64,000 nucleotides of DNA from Octopus sinensis (taxonomy: Eukaryota): assembly GCF_006345805.1 (NCBI RefSeq), contig NC_043011.1, positions 16,256,464-16,320,463 of the forward strand, given 5' to 3'. The notes under the pieces are model-generated. The model saw only the letters and a program-made list of their open reading frames with translations, was not told where the DNA came from and searched no databases. Positions 52,345 to 64,000 of the stretch are shown one piece after another. The number at the start of each line of letters is the position of its first letter. Position 1 is the first letter of the stretch. A program made the translations under genes and the position numbers.

Positions 52345-53122
52345 TAATGACAAAGGGTAAAATTAATTAATTAACTAGTAATCAATAATTTCACCAAGTA
52401 GAATTCGGCATGAAAAATGACCATTTCCCGGTAAACCTAAGTAATATTTTATAATTAGGGTTCAGCAAAGATTTACTTTACCACATACCGAAGTCTAGAA
52501 ATAGCAGCCAGAGAACCTTAGCTATTTCCTCTACTTTAAAAAGAGATTCCCAGACAAAAACAAAGTACTCGAAAACAATCCACGCAGGCAGAGATGAAGA
52601 ATAACAAAATCAATCGATATTTGATTACCCATGTACGCGTTTCGGAATTAGTTCGGTATAAAGAATGTAGAATTTATACTTTACCGAAATATTTTCCTCT
52701 TCAGCATCGGACTTCACAATATTAAATCCGAAGGCACTGGAAGAATTTAATATACCTCTCCAACTAACAGTATCAGACAGATCATATTCAACGTCCATGA
52801 CCGTCAAATTCAAAATATACGAATTAGGTTCATCACCTTCCCCTGCCCATCCACGTGTGTCGTCAACTAAAAGTACTACACAAAAAATATGTAGTTTATT
52901 ATCTGGGAGAAAATTATATTATCAATAATAACAAAGGGAAAATTAATTAATAAAACTAGTAATCAATAATTTCACCAAGTAGAATTCGGCATGAAAAAGG
53001 AACATTACTCGGTAAACTTAAGTAATATTTTATAATTAGGGTTCAGCAAAGATTTGCTTTACCACATACTGAAGTTTAGAAATAGAAGCCAAAGAACCTT
53101 AGCTATTTCCTCTACTTTAAAA
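52345..53122 (-). mobile_element. Retrozyme/Penelope-pLTR-like element: 581-bp unit present 1.3 times
   Basis: Direct repeats 52345-52541 and 52926-53122 (197 bp) flank a unique segment carrying a hammerhead; microsatellites on both sides. Confidence 0.75.
52628..52710 (-). ncRNA. Minimal type I hammerhead ribozyme with an intact core and extended stem II
   Basis: ccgATG CTGAAGA GGAA [ttcggta..taccgaa hairpin] TTCC GAAA CGCG TA CATggg: palindromic ACGCGT, GUA cleavage triplet. Confidence 0.8.
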
Positions 53123-53201
53123 TATAGATAGATAGATAGATAGATAGATACGTGTGTATGTGTATATACCTATGTGTTTATGTATGGACGTATGCATTTA
53201 A

Positions 53202-53246
<45 letters not shown>

Positions 53247-53254
<8 letters not shown>

Positions 53255-53437
53255 GAACTGAGAATGTGTGTCTGTCTGTCTGTCTGTCAGTGTGTTTCCC
53301 TAAAACTTGAGAACTACACAACCAATTTCATTCAAATTACTTACTTAAGAACTGGGGAGTGTCATCGGCAAAAAATCTTAACTTTTTTCCCTAGGTCGAC
53401 CCCACAGCAATATCATATCTTCTCCACTATTTCCCCC
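53247..53437 (+). mobile_element. Helitron-like 5' end (non-autonomous)
   Basis: tatatagaactgagaatgtgtgtctgtctgtc...ctacacaaccaatttcattcaaatt has a layout like the 5' end of 59164-59945; no 3' CTAG end found. Confidence 0.4.
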
Positions 53438-54379
53438 AACATTTTCATCAAACATTTTCATCAAACATTTTCACCAGACATTTTCATCAAACATTTTCAT
53501 CACACATTATCATGAAACATTCTCATCAAACATTTTCAAACATATTCATCAGACATTTTCATCAAACATTTTCATCGAGCATTTTCATTAAACATTTTGA
53601 CCAGACATTTTCATCATTTTCATCGAACATTTTCATCAGATATATTCATCAAACATTTTCATCATACATGTCGACCAAACATTTTCATCAGACATTTTTA
53701 TCAAACATTTTCATCAGAAATTTTCAGACATTTTCATCATTTTCATCAGAGGTTTACATTAAAAATTTCATCAGAAAAATTCATCAAAGATTTTCATCAA
53801 ACATTTTCATCAGAGATTTTCATCAAGCGTTTTAATAGAGACATTTTCATCAGATATTTTCATCAAGGATTTTAATCAAATATTTTCATTAGATATTTTC
53901 ATCAAACATGATTATCAAACATTTTAATCAGATATTTTAATAAAACATTTTCATCAAACATTTTCGTCAGACAATTCTTTCAAACATTTTAATCAACCGT
54001 TTTCATCAAACATTTTCACCAAATATTTTCATCAGATATTTTCATCAAACATGTCCATCAAACAATTTCATCAGACATTTTCATCAAACCTTTTCCTCAG
54101 ATATTTTCATCAAACATTTTCCTGAGACATTTTCATAAGACATTTTCATCAACCATTTTCATCAAAAATTTTCATCCTTTTCATCAGACACTTTCATCAA
54201 ACATTTTCATCAACCATTTTCATCAAACATTTTCATCAAACATTTTTCATCAGACATTTTCACCAGACATTTTCATCCCACGTTTTCATCAGATATTTTC
54301 ATCAAACATTATCATCAAACATTGTCATCAGACATTTTAATCAAACATTTTCATCATACATTTTCATCATTTTCATCAA
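53438..54379. repeat. 13-bp minisatellite ACATTTTCATCA(A/G), about 70 copies
   Basis: Read directly; recurrent internal variants (catcattttcatc; tttacattaaaaa) suggest higher-order duplication. Confidence 0.95.
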
Positions 54380-54474
54380 TCATTTACATTAAAAAATTTT
54401 CTCATATATATATATATATATATTATTATATATATGATATATATATATTATATATATATATATATATATATGAA

Positions 54475-57060
54475 TTAACCTTCCGAAAGTCAAATGGCCA
54501 GATGGCCATCTCTCCCCTGGAATGACATCACTTGAACAGAGACAGACAGAGTCCTTGTTGGCTCTCACACGCAAGTTTCATGGAACAAGCAGTGCTTCGG
54601 CCAACAAGAGGTGAGAATGTCTTGGACCTCTGTTTCACAAGCAACCCGATGCTCATCCACAACATAATGGTAACACCTACAATTCTCTCAGATCACAACT
54701 TAGTAGAGGTAATGATATATGGTATGAGAGAGTTAGTTGAGACGCAGCCATTAGAAAATACCACAGGCCTATCCAGTCTAAACTTCCATAAGGCAAACTG
54801 GAAGAAGATCAACGAAGAGATCCGAAAACATGACTGGAGTGACTTCATCACCACACAAGAGACCAACACACATTTCCAACATTTCATGACAACAATACAG
54901 AACATATGCCATAAGTTTGTCCCGAGAGAAAAAAGCCAGCGGGCATAGGAACGTTATTCCCAGAGACAGGAAAATACTTATGAGGCGAAGAGCTAAGCTC
55001 TCGAAGCAACTGAATGCACGGCAGAGAAACAATAAGGGACTCCACCTGAAACTTTTGAAACGGAAACTGCACTCAAACTTTCCTATGAGAAGGAGAGGGC
55101 AGAGAGAGAAGCCAGGGCCATAGAGAATATTAAAACAAACCCTAAAGCTTTCTTTAATTTGCGAAAGAAACCACCTCGGTACACTGCAAGATTGGCCCAC
55201 TCTTTGATAAAAAGGGCTCTCTAACTGAGGACCCCCAAGGGATAAGTGAAATACTAAAGGAACAGTATAAAAGTGTGTTCACATCCCCTCTGGGGCACAT
55301 GCAAATCACAAACCCAGAAGTTTTCTTTGATGCCACAACACTCCAAAACCAAACAACAACCATCGACCACATAGACATAACAGAGAGGGATGTAATATCT
55401 GCCATAGAAGAAATGAGAATAACTCAGCTGCTGGACCAGATGGATTCCCAGCAGTCCTCCTAAAAACATGCAGGCATGCCCTAGCGGGACCACTGAAGAT
55501 GCTCTTCAGTGGTTCCTTGGCTAACGGTAAACTGCCCAGGGCGCTAAAAGAAGGCACCATATGCCCTATCCACAAAGGAGGGAGTAGAGCAGAGGCCAAA
55601 AACTACAGGCCAGTCTCCCTGACGTCACACATAAGTAAGGTCATGGAACGAATCATCAGAAAAAAACTGATCACGTTCCTCGAAGAAACTACCGTCTCAC
55701 TGACACACAGCATGGCTTTCGCCCAGGAAGAAGCTGCCTTACGCAGCTGTTACAACACTACGACTGGGTACTGAAACAACTACTGGATCGCTCACAGGTG
55801 GATGTGGTATATCTGACTTTGCGAAGGCCTTTGACAAAGTCGACCACGGAGTGATATGTCACAAATTACTCAGACTCGGCATAACAGGAAAAGTAGGTGA
55901 GTGGATACATGACTTCCTGAAGGACAGAAGCCAGATGGTTGCAGCCAATGGAGCCCTCTCGGGAAGACACCAATAGCAAGCGGGGTGCCACAGGGCACAG
56001 TCTTGGGACCCTTGCTGTTTTTGGTGGCGCTCTCTGACATGCCCTTGGTAGCACAAACAACATCCCTCACTAGCTATGCTGATGACACAAAGGTAGCACA
56101 GGCAATTAAAAACCCAGCTGATGCTGACCTTTTACAACAAGATCTGGATGCCATATACAAATGGGCTGAAGAAAACAACATGCAATTTAATGCTGGTAAA
56201 TTTCAAGCCTTACAATATCAAGCTGTAAACACATATACATTACAACACAACTATACTGGTCCAGGAGGGATCGAAATCCCAGTATCGAAATCAATACGGG
56301 ACCTGGGGATAGACATGAGTGACGATGCATCTTTTTCTTCACACATCGCGAAGGTGGCGACAATGTGCAGACGACTCACTGCTGGATCCTGAGGACATTC
56401 CGGACAAGAGACTGCGAGACCATGTTGACACTATGGAGGACATTTGTCCTAAGCCGCCTAGACTACTGCTCCCAACTGTGGTCACCGCATAGTGTCAAAC
56501 TAACCACAGAGCTTGAGACAATCCAAAGACATTTCACCAAGAGGATTTCCACCATGAAAGAAAAAAATATTGGGAGAGGCTTAGGGAACTCAATTTGTAC
56601 TCCTTGGAACGAAGACGAGAGAGATATGCAGTGATATACATATGGAAAATCCTGGAGGGACTAGCACCAAATTTTGGAATTGAGAGCTGTTCCAATCCCC
56701 GTACAGGTCGTCACTGTGTGGTGCCAAAGTCCCGTCTTCCACATCCAGGGTAAGGAGCAGATACTGTAATAGCCTGGGGTTCAGGGGCCCTCAGCTGTTC
56801 TCAACAAACTGCCAAGAAAACTAAGAGATCTACATGATGCGGATGTGGACATTTTCAAAAAACATCTAGACAAGCTGCTTTCCGGGATCCCAGATGAACC
56901 CACTGCAAGGTACGAAGGTAACCTAAGGGCAGCAGCTACAAACTCTCTCTTAGATCAGTGGCCAGCCACGGCAAACTGGACTTAGAGAGGGTAGCAACAA
57001 GGGCGGTGCCCCAGCATGGCCTCAGCCGGATGGCTGAAACAAGTAAAAGAGTAAAAGAGT
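54475..57060 (+). mobile_element. CR1/L2-group LINE, 5'-truncated (~2.6 kb), apparently young
   Basis: EN end (PTRGENVLDLCFT..SDHN), RT (NYRPVSLTS, QHGFRPGRSC, DFAKAFDKVDH, PQGTVLGPLLF, YADDTK), LYSLERRRERY, stop at 56983, tail ..gaaacaagtaaaagagtaaaagagt. Confidence 0.93.
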
Positions 57061-57112
57061 ATATATGATTATATATATATATATATGTGATATATTTATA
57101 TATATATATATG

Positions 57113-57174
<62 letters not shown>

Positions 57175-57199
57175 ATAATTATATATATATATATATATT

Positions 57200-57578
57200 G
57201 TTGACAAATATTCTTTACTTCAAATAACTCTTACTGAATATTTTTCAGAGATTTAGAAATAATAATATTTCTATTATATATATATTTTATTATATATATG
57301 TGTTTGTGGTGTGTGTGTATGTGTGTGTGTGTGTGTATAGTTAATAAAAAACAAGAAAAGAAACAACAACGCGAGGACGTGGAACATACATACATACATA
57401 TATATATATTATTTACTATTTATTATGTAATTGAAGGCGACGCATCAACCTCCGAGTAAATTTATATATATATATACATATGTATGTATGTCCCACGTCC
57501 TCGCGTTGTTGTTTTTTTTCTTGTTTTTTTTTAACTATACACACACACACACACACACACACACAACACACACACCAC

Positions 57579-57641
<63 letters not shown>

Positions 57642-57713
57642 GAATATATTATTTCTAAATCTCTCAGAAAAATATTCAGTAAGAGTTATTTGAAGTAAAG
57701 AATATTTGCCAAC
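57200..57713. repeat. Fold-back inverted repeat with ~210-bp arms
   Basis: gttgacaaatattctttacttcaaataactcttactgaatatttt..caacaacgcgaggacgtgg matches the reverse complement of ccacgtcctcgcgttgttg..aatattcagtaagagttatttgaagtaaagaatatttgccaac. Confidence 0.85.
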
Positions 57714-58140
57714 ACAATGTGGTTGTCCCGGAAGGGACGATTGCTACTGTAGTTTAGCCCCAGAAAACATCGTTTCCAGCTGGCTATATGACACAATATC
57801 TGTGTCCGTATGTTTTCGAAAATATATATTTTCGTGTTTTGGTTTTACATTCAAAGCATGACCTTTGGACAAGCGTCTTCTCTTTAGCCTCAGGCTGGCC
57901 AAAATCTTCCGAGGGAATTTGCTTGAAAGAAACTGAAGTAGACCCTCGATATATGCGCACGTGTGTATGTGAGTGTTTCCTCTTCATGAAATCACAGGAT
58001 ATTTCTAAACGAGTGCCAGTGTCAAACCAGGTCGCTCTTTCTACACACAAATACACATACATACACTTATACAGACAGTCAAACAGGCAGACAGATAGAC
58101 ACACAGATAGATAGATAGATAGATCGATAGATTGATTGAT

Positions 58141-58183
<43 letters not shown>

Positions 58184-58184
58184 T

Positions 58185-58263
<79 letters not shown>

Positions 58264-59163
58264 CATGCGTACATATATACATACATAAATACATACATGC
58301 ATACATATGGCTGCAGAAGAGCAATAATAGAAAGAGTCTCAAAAATGAAAATGAGATTTTAGAAATCCTATGTGGAAATGATTAAAACATGCTAAATTTC
58401 GAGAAGGGGATTGTACTGTGTCGACTGCATCGTCAATTATCGCGCCATTCTGATGTAAGGAAATAGTCGTAGAAATGTAATGGTTTGAAAAATGTCACCG
58501 AGTGTACATGTAAATGTGTATAGCGAGTTCGATTATATGTTCAATTATATGTAATTTCATGTTCTATTTTCAGTACTGATGAAAATGTTATGTGTGCATG
58601 CTTTTACTCACGTAGTCTTAGGATGTTCCGGTGCTTCAAGAAGCTTTTGTGGACGCAACTGCATATAATATATATTTATCATCTGGTATGAATATAGTTT
58701 GAAAATGTATTGATATGAGGATCTTCTCTGCTATACGCGCTATAATGTAAACACTTTTGGGTAGGGTTCACCAATCAGTTCATATTATTGCCTGTGACTT
58801 TTAGCTAAAGAAGAAGATAAAGGTTTTCACAAGAGTCCTGATCCCTTTCACTTCGGAACAGTAATACAAGACCTTTGGTAAGTGACTGGAGCACTACAAG
58901 TCCATTAAAATCTGAGGATCCTACTTTGAAGATTAGAATTTTGCACTTCTTTGAAGTTAATAACTGTCTCTCGGAAAAAAAAAAACTAATTACCAAACGT
59001 CTGGAACGTTCCTTATCCAAACGAATATAACAATTCTCTAATTATACTTAGAAAGTGTACGTACCAGCTACGGAATTCAAATATCATTTAAAGAAACATA
59101 AATATATTTATATATATATATACATGCATAGATATGCATTATATATATATATACATATATATA

Positions 59164-59945
59164 TCTATATATATAAAAGGTAGTTTGTCAGTCTGTGTGT
59201 CTGTGTGTCTGTCTGGTTGTACCCTCACCCTGACCACGGCTTTCATCCGATTCTAATGAAACTTGACACACACATAGCCCAATGTCATAATTCAAAACTA
59301 ACGCAGTAAAAAGTTTGAAAAATTCCTCCCGTTCTGAAAATCATCGATAAATTCGACATGGGGTCGAGAATCTAAGCTTATCATATGCAAAACATTTTCT
59401 GTTCTAGTTTTCACAACTTGCAATCGATTTTCACCAAACTCATGGTGAAGCTTAATGTTATCTTAAGGAACTTAATTCTGCCATTAGTTTTTCATGCAAT
59501 ACCTTACCATCAGAACAAATCGATAAAATCATGCCATTTTGGGAAATCGCGTTCAAATTCAAGATGACATATTTTCGACAATATCTTTATCAAATTGGCA
59601 GGACTTTTTTTTGAAATTCACAGCGAGCATCATGTCTGCTCCAAGAAGCTATATGGCCCTTTTGATTCCAATAGGATACGTTATTACTGGAAAAAATCGG
59701 TTAATTACCTCATATGTGGCACACATACAAACCGATTTTTCTGCGATATTTTTTGAAAGCTCACATAGATTTTTCCTACTTTTTAATGCATGCAAGGGAA
59801 CGGTGCCTTGAATGCCTTAATGCCTTTTAGGCTTCATTTTACAAAATAACGGTTCAATGAGTACAAAAAAGGGTAAAAAGGTAAAGGGCATTGCTTATCA
59901 ACAAAGTTTCTTACATACCCGCGCAACGCCGGGCTATGCTGCTAG
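59164..59945 (+). mobile_element. Non-autonomous Helitron with canonical ends
   Basis: A|TCTATATATATAAAA 5' end; subterminal hairpin cccgcgcaacgccggg at 59918-59933; CTAG|T 3' end; no TSD. Confidence 0.85.
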
Positions 59946-59947
59946 TA

Positions 59948-59988
<41 letters not shown>

Positions 59989-60007
59989 TCAAAGTGTCCG
60001 TGCGTCG

Positions 60008-60250
60008 CACAGATATGCACACAGATATGCACACACACTCACACATGTATATGATATGTATGTGTGTGTCTGCCTTTGTGTGTGTGTAGATGCGCGTTTA
60101 TATATATATATAAAATACATGTTTTGCGTTCTTGTCCCATTTTCTATTTTATATACATATATATATAAGCGCGCATCTACACACACACAAAGGCAGACAC
60201 ACACATACATATCATATACATGTGTGAGTGTGTGTGCATATCTGTGCGCG
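60008..60250. repeat. Near-perfect hairpin (arms about 90 bp, spacer about 45 nt)
   Basis: 60020-60110 is the reverse complement of 60157-60246 with about one mismatch. Confidence 0.9.
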
Positions 60251-60741
60251 CGCGACGCGTGTGCGTCAAACTTTTGCATCTTTATAAATTTTGAAACTCT
60301 TAATTTTAAAACACATACTCTATACAACTGTTTCCGAAATTATATCGTTCAACACCCGATTGAATAGACATATCAGAAACATTTTTGATCAAACTGCCGC
60401 TTGATGTAACTTCTTACATTACGACCAATAAACATTGCAGATCACCGTGAACGTAATTTTAACAATAACACCGATTGCATTCTCAAATCTTTATCATTCC
60501 CAGAATCAGAATTGAATGTGTTTATACTCTTGAAGCATTTACATTTTCTAGCGTTGCTTCTCTCGTTTGACTCATTATAACAGTTCTTCATAACATTTTT
60601 CCATAGTGTTTATTCGCCTTTTTTTCTCATTTTGGTTTGTTATTGCGACATTTGTTTTCTCTACCTCCATTTGCATTACCCATATTTACAGATTCTTTAT
60701 TCATATTTCTGATGACCGTTATCATTTATATAATTAAGGTT

Positions 60742-61155
60742 TGGGAGTTGGCAGAATCGTTAGCACGCCGGGAGAAATTCTTAACGGTATTTCGTCTGCA
60801 GCTACGTTCTGAGTTCAAATTCCGCCGAGGTCGACTTTGCCTTTCATCCTTTAGGGGTCGATAAATTAAGCGCCAGTTACGACCTGGGGTCGATATAATC
60901 GACTTAATCCGTTTGTCTGTCCTTGTTTGTCCTCTCTGTGTTTAGCCCCTTGTGGGTAGTAAAGAAATAGGTATTTCGTCTGCCATTACGTTCTGAGTTC
61001 AAATTCCGCCGTGGTTGACTTTGCCTTTCATCATTTCGAGGTCGATTAAATAAGTACCAGTTACGCACTGGGGTCGATATAATCGACTAAATCTATTTGT
61101 CTGTCCTTGTTTGTCCCCTCTATGTTTAGCTCCTTGTGGGCAATAAAGAAATAAG
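60742..61155 (+). mobile_element. Tandem dimer of SINE family A
   Basis: A full copy to ..gtagtaaagaaata, directly followed by a second copy starting at ggtatttcgtctgcc. Confidence 0.85.
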
Positions 61156-62231
61156 TATCGTTAGAAAAACAGAAAAAAATGCTTAGTGCCATTTCGTGTT
61201 TTTAACACTATATTTATTAGTGACCCCGACATTATGCATATTTCACTAATTTTTTAAAATTTTATCTATGAAAGAATCATTACAATAACGATTGAGAATA
61301 GAGATTCTGAATGTTTATATAAGCTGTCAGGGCATAAACAGATGAAAAAGAAATGACTCTGCAGAATAGTAATTTAAAAGATCTTAAATATGAAGAAGCG
61401 TATTCAAATTTAACCATATCACCTTTTTACCAAATAGTATTTTTAACAAGCCCTTTCTTTTTTTATAGAGTTAGATAGGATTTAGCTGTCGTTGGATCAT
61501 AATTATTAACAATTTTTCACGTATAGACATTTGTGGTGGCTCGAATAATGAGTTCTATAGGCATCATGCAAGAGCGACCAGTAAATTTTCGTTCAAACAG
61601 TTCACAAATAGAGTTGTAACTTATATTCCATTCTTTCTATTGCGTGTCTCCAAATAAAATTTTGTCTGATGTTTCTGCGCTTATATCCACAGTTTTAATA
61701 TAATACACTTTAACGTTCATTTTGTAATCTGCATGAGAGGTTTCGCGTATGTTTTCTTTTCATATATTTATGAAATCACAATTTAATATATGAATATTTA
61801 CATTTCCTTCCATTGAAGTGTTATCCTAAGGCGTCTATAATCTGAAAATTGCCGTAACATTTTATTTTTTACCAATAAGCTATTCTCTTTTTGGTAAGCC
61901 CTTTTTTATTTGCAATGTCGAAAATGGATTTATCCGGAGTTCCTAGATCATACACACGCTTATACCGATCTTTCTATTTATTTGCTTGACTATATATATA
62001 TATACTCCGGAGACGTACTTACCCAACAAGTGATTGATCTGATATGGTATGTTGAAGCTAAACCAATTACAGTGTGAAGACACATATTAGGCTATATGTG
62101 AAAAATCTGTTTACCACACATAGGAATTATTTTTTATTTGGTATCAATATTTTCGTCAAACTAATTGCTGCCTACTCACATAACCTTTCTTCTTCCTTCT
62201 CGCAGTGTGAGCTGTTTGCATGTATGCACGC

Positions 62232-62275
<44 letters not shown>

Positions 62276-62293
62276 ATATATATATACATATGG

Positions 62294-62328
<35 letters not shown>

Positions 62329-62577
62329 TAAAAACGGTAAGATAACAAAAGAAAGAAAGCGACCTCAATTTTATGTAAATAGAGGACATTTTCATGGTAG
62401 TATCCTTACGTGCAAAAAAAGGATGCCTTGCCTATTAGTATCCTAATTATATATATATAGTCATTTTTCATAGCGTTTTTCAGATGGCGAGATTACCGAA
62501 GAGATGGTGTTGTGGATTTTCACATCGGCATCGGAAACTCAGAGTTGTATCTTGGCTTCCGAATAATTGTCACATTT

Positions 62578-62655
<78 letters not shown>

Positions 62656-63233
62656 GGAAGATACAATCTGTATCTACATTTAAAATGTAATGTTATGAAC
62701 CATAAAATCCAGCACAACAATATGCGTGCGAGTATGTGTGAGTGTAAATTTAGAGAGAGAGAGATAGAGGTTCTAGGAAAGAGTATACAAGAGCGAAAAC
62801 AGAAATGCATTCGTTTTCAACCAAAATTTTAAAGGAATACACCACTAAAATATATGAATATATGATACAATCTACAGCAATGCTTTAAATAGCTACCACC
62901 CAAGAGTTACGTTTCATCCTTATGATAATATCACTAATAAATCGATAAACCTAAGAGCGGGTCTCTACCAGGTGGTTTGAACTTTTAAGGCACACATGCA
63001 GCCTTCAAACTGTATAGCCTAATGCTTTAATTAGGATACTAATAGGCAAGACATCTTTTTTTGTGCGCAAGGATATTACTATGCAAATGAAAAGTTGGTT
63101 ATGATTAGAACACATTTTATTATTGACCTAGTGAATCGACGCTGATCTGAGGATGGATAACCACTTTCTAATACATCGATGAGCAGAAAGCGAATCAATA
63201 AAACAGTGATATTAACAAAAATAGCAGTTATAT

Positions 63234-63278
<45 letters not shown>

Positions 63279-63329
63279 AGCAGGAATACGATTCATGTGT
63301 ATTTGCATGCCATCCACTGTATGAATGAC

Positions 63330-64000
63330 TAAGTCACAGTCATCGGTATAAAGAAGGTCACGAATAAGAGACTGGAAAACTTTTGAATTGGCAGCAAATC
63401 GGCATAGATTAAAGAGGCAGCCACGAGATCAATACCTGACATATTTTCCCAGAGAGCTAACCTTAGCAAAAACATGAGTAAAAGCAGCAGCAAGATACAA
63501 AGAAAAGAGAGTTGAAGCAAAGATGTTCTCTTGTTTGACACCATACTTTACATGAATGGGTCATGCCATTCCACCACCAACATTGACCGAAGCCGCCAGA
63601 TCATCATGAAATGGTTTAATTATAGATAAAAAGCGATCCAGACATCCAAGTTTGCCTAATATTTTCCCTGGCAAAGTCATATTCACATTATGAAAGGCCT
63701 TGGTTAAATGAAAGAATAGCTGGACAAGATCCATATTCTGTTCATAACACTTCTCCTGTATCTGTCTTGCTGCGAAGATCATATCCACAGTCCCTCTACC
63801 AGATCGAAAGCCATATTGAGATTCAGATAGGACATCATTTACGAGGCACACATTCAAGCGGATAAGAAGCATATTTGCCGGAACATTCTCAGCAGCTGAT
63901 AGTAGAGCAATACCTCTGTAGTTACTACACATTGTTCTGGATCCTTTTCTTTTATAGAGAGGAAGAATAATTGCATCCGTCCAGTACTTAAGTATTGTAA
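63330..64000 (-). mobile_element. RTE-clade LINE reverse-transcriptase remnant, continuing past the window end
   Basis: CSNYRGIALLS..DVLSESQYGFRSGRGTVDMIFAARQIQEKCYEQN..LTKAF..KLGC. Confidence 0.9.

Noticed and set aside
53438-54379. CRISPR-like array or coding repeat (ORFs 53512-53875)
   Set aside because: Contiguous 13-bp units with no unique spacers, no cas genes and a eukaryotic context; a 13-bp period does not hold a reading frame.
58570-58610. ctgatgaaaatgtt as a hammerhead core
   Set aside because: No closing stem II and no GAAA-NUH downstream.

Overview
AT-rich, repeat-saturated eukaryotic DNA with no intact multi-exon gene visible. The SINE families, (TA)n/(AAT)n/(TAGA)n microsatellites and LINE types look like an octopus (coleoid cephalopod) genome; this is inferred from recalled repeat families, not a database match. 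The window is probably a large intron or intergenic tract. Supported content: several tRNA-headed SINE families; CR1/L2-group, RTE, R4/Dong-like and probably Tx1/L1 LINE remnants; full-length but dead mariner and Chapaev3-like DNA transposons; Tc1 fragments; a Merlin-like MITE; a canonical non-autonomous Helitron; a 13-bp minisatellite; and many fold-back inverted repeats. The most striking signal is a set of minimal type I hammerhead ribozyme motifs in several dissimilar small elements. Two have fully intact cores (48277-48349 and 52628-52710, both minus strand), and each sits in a 1.3-1.4-mer direct-repeat unit resembling a retrozyme or Penelope pLTR. A third family fuses a tRNA-like Pol III head to a hammerhead. 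A SINE family and a young-looking LINE share a 3' tail whose stem-loop shows a compensatory base-pair change. Most ORFs in the supplied track are microsatellite artefacts.
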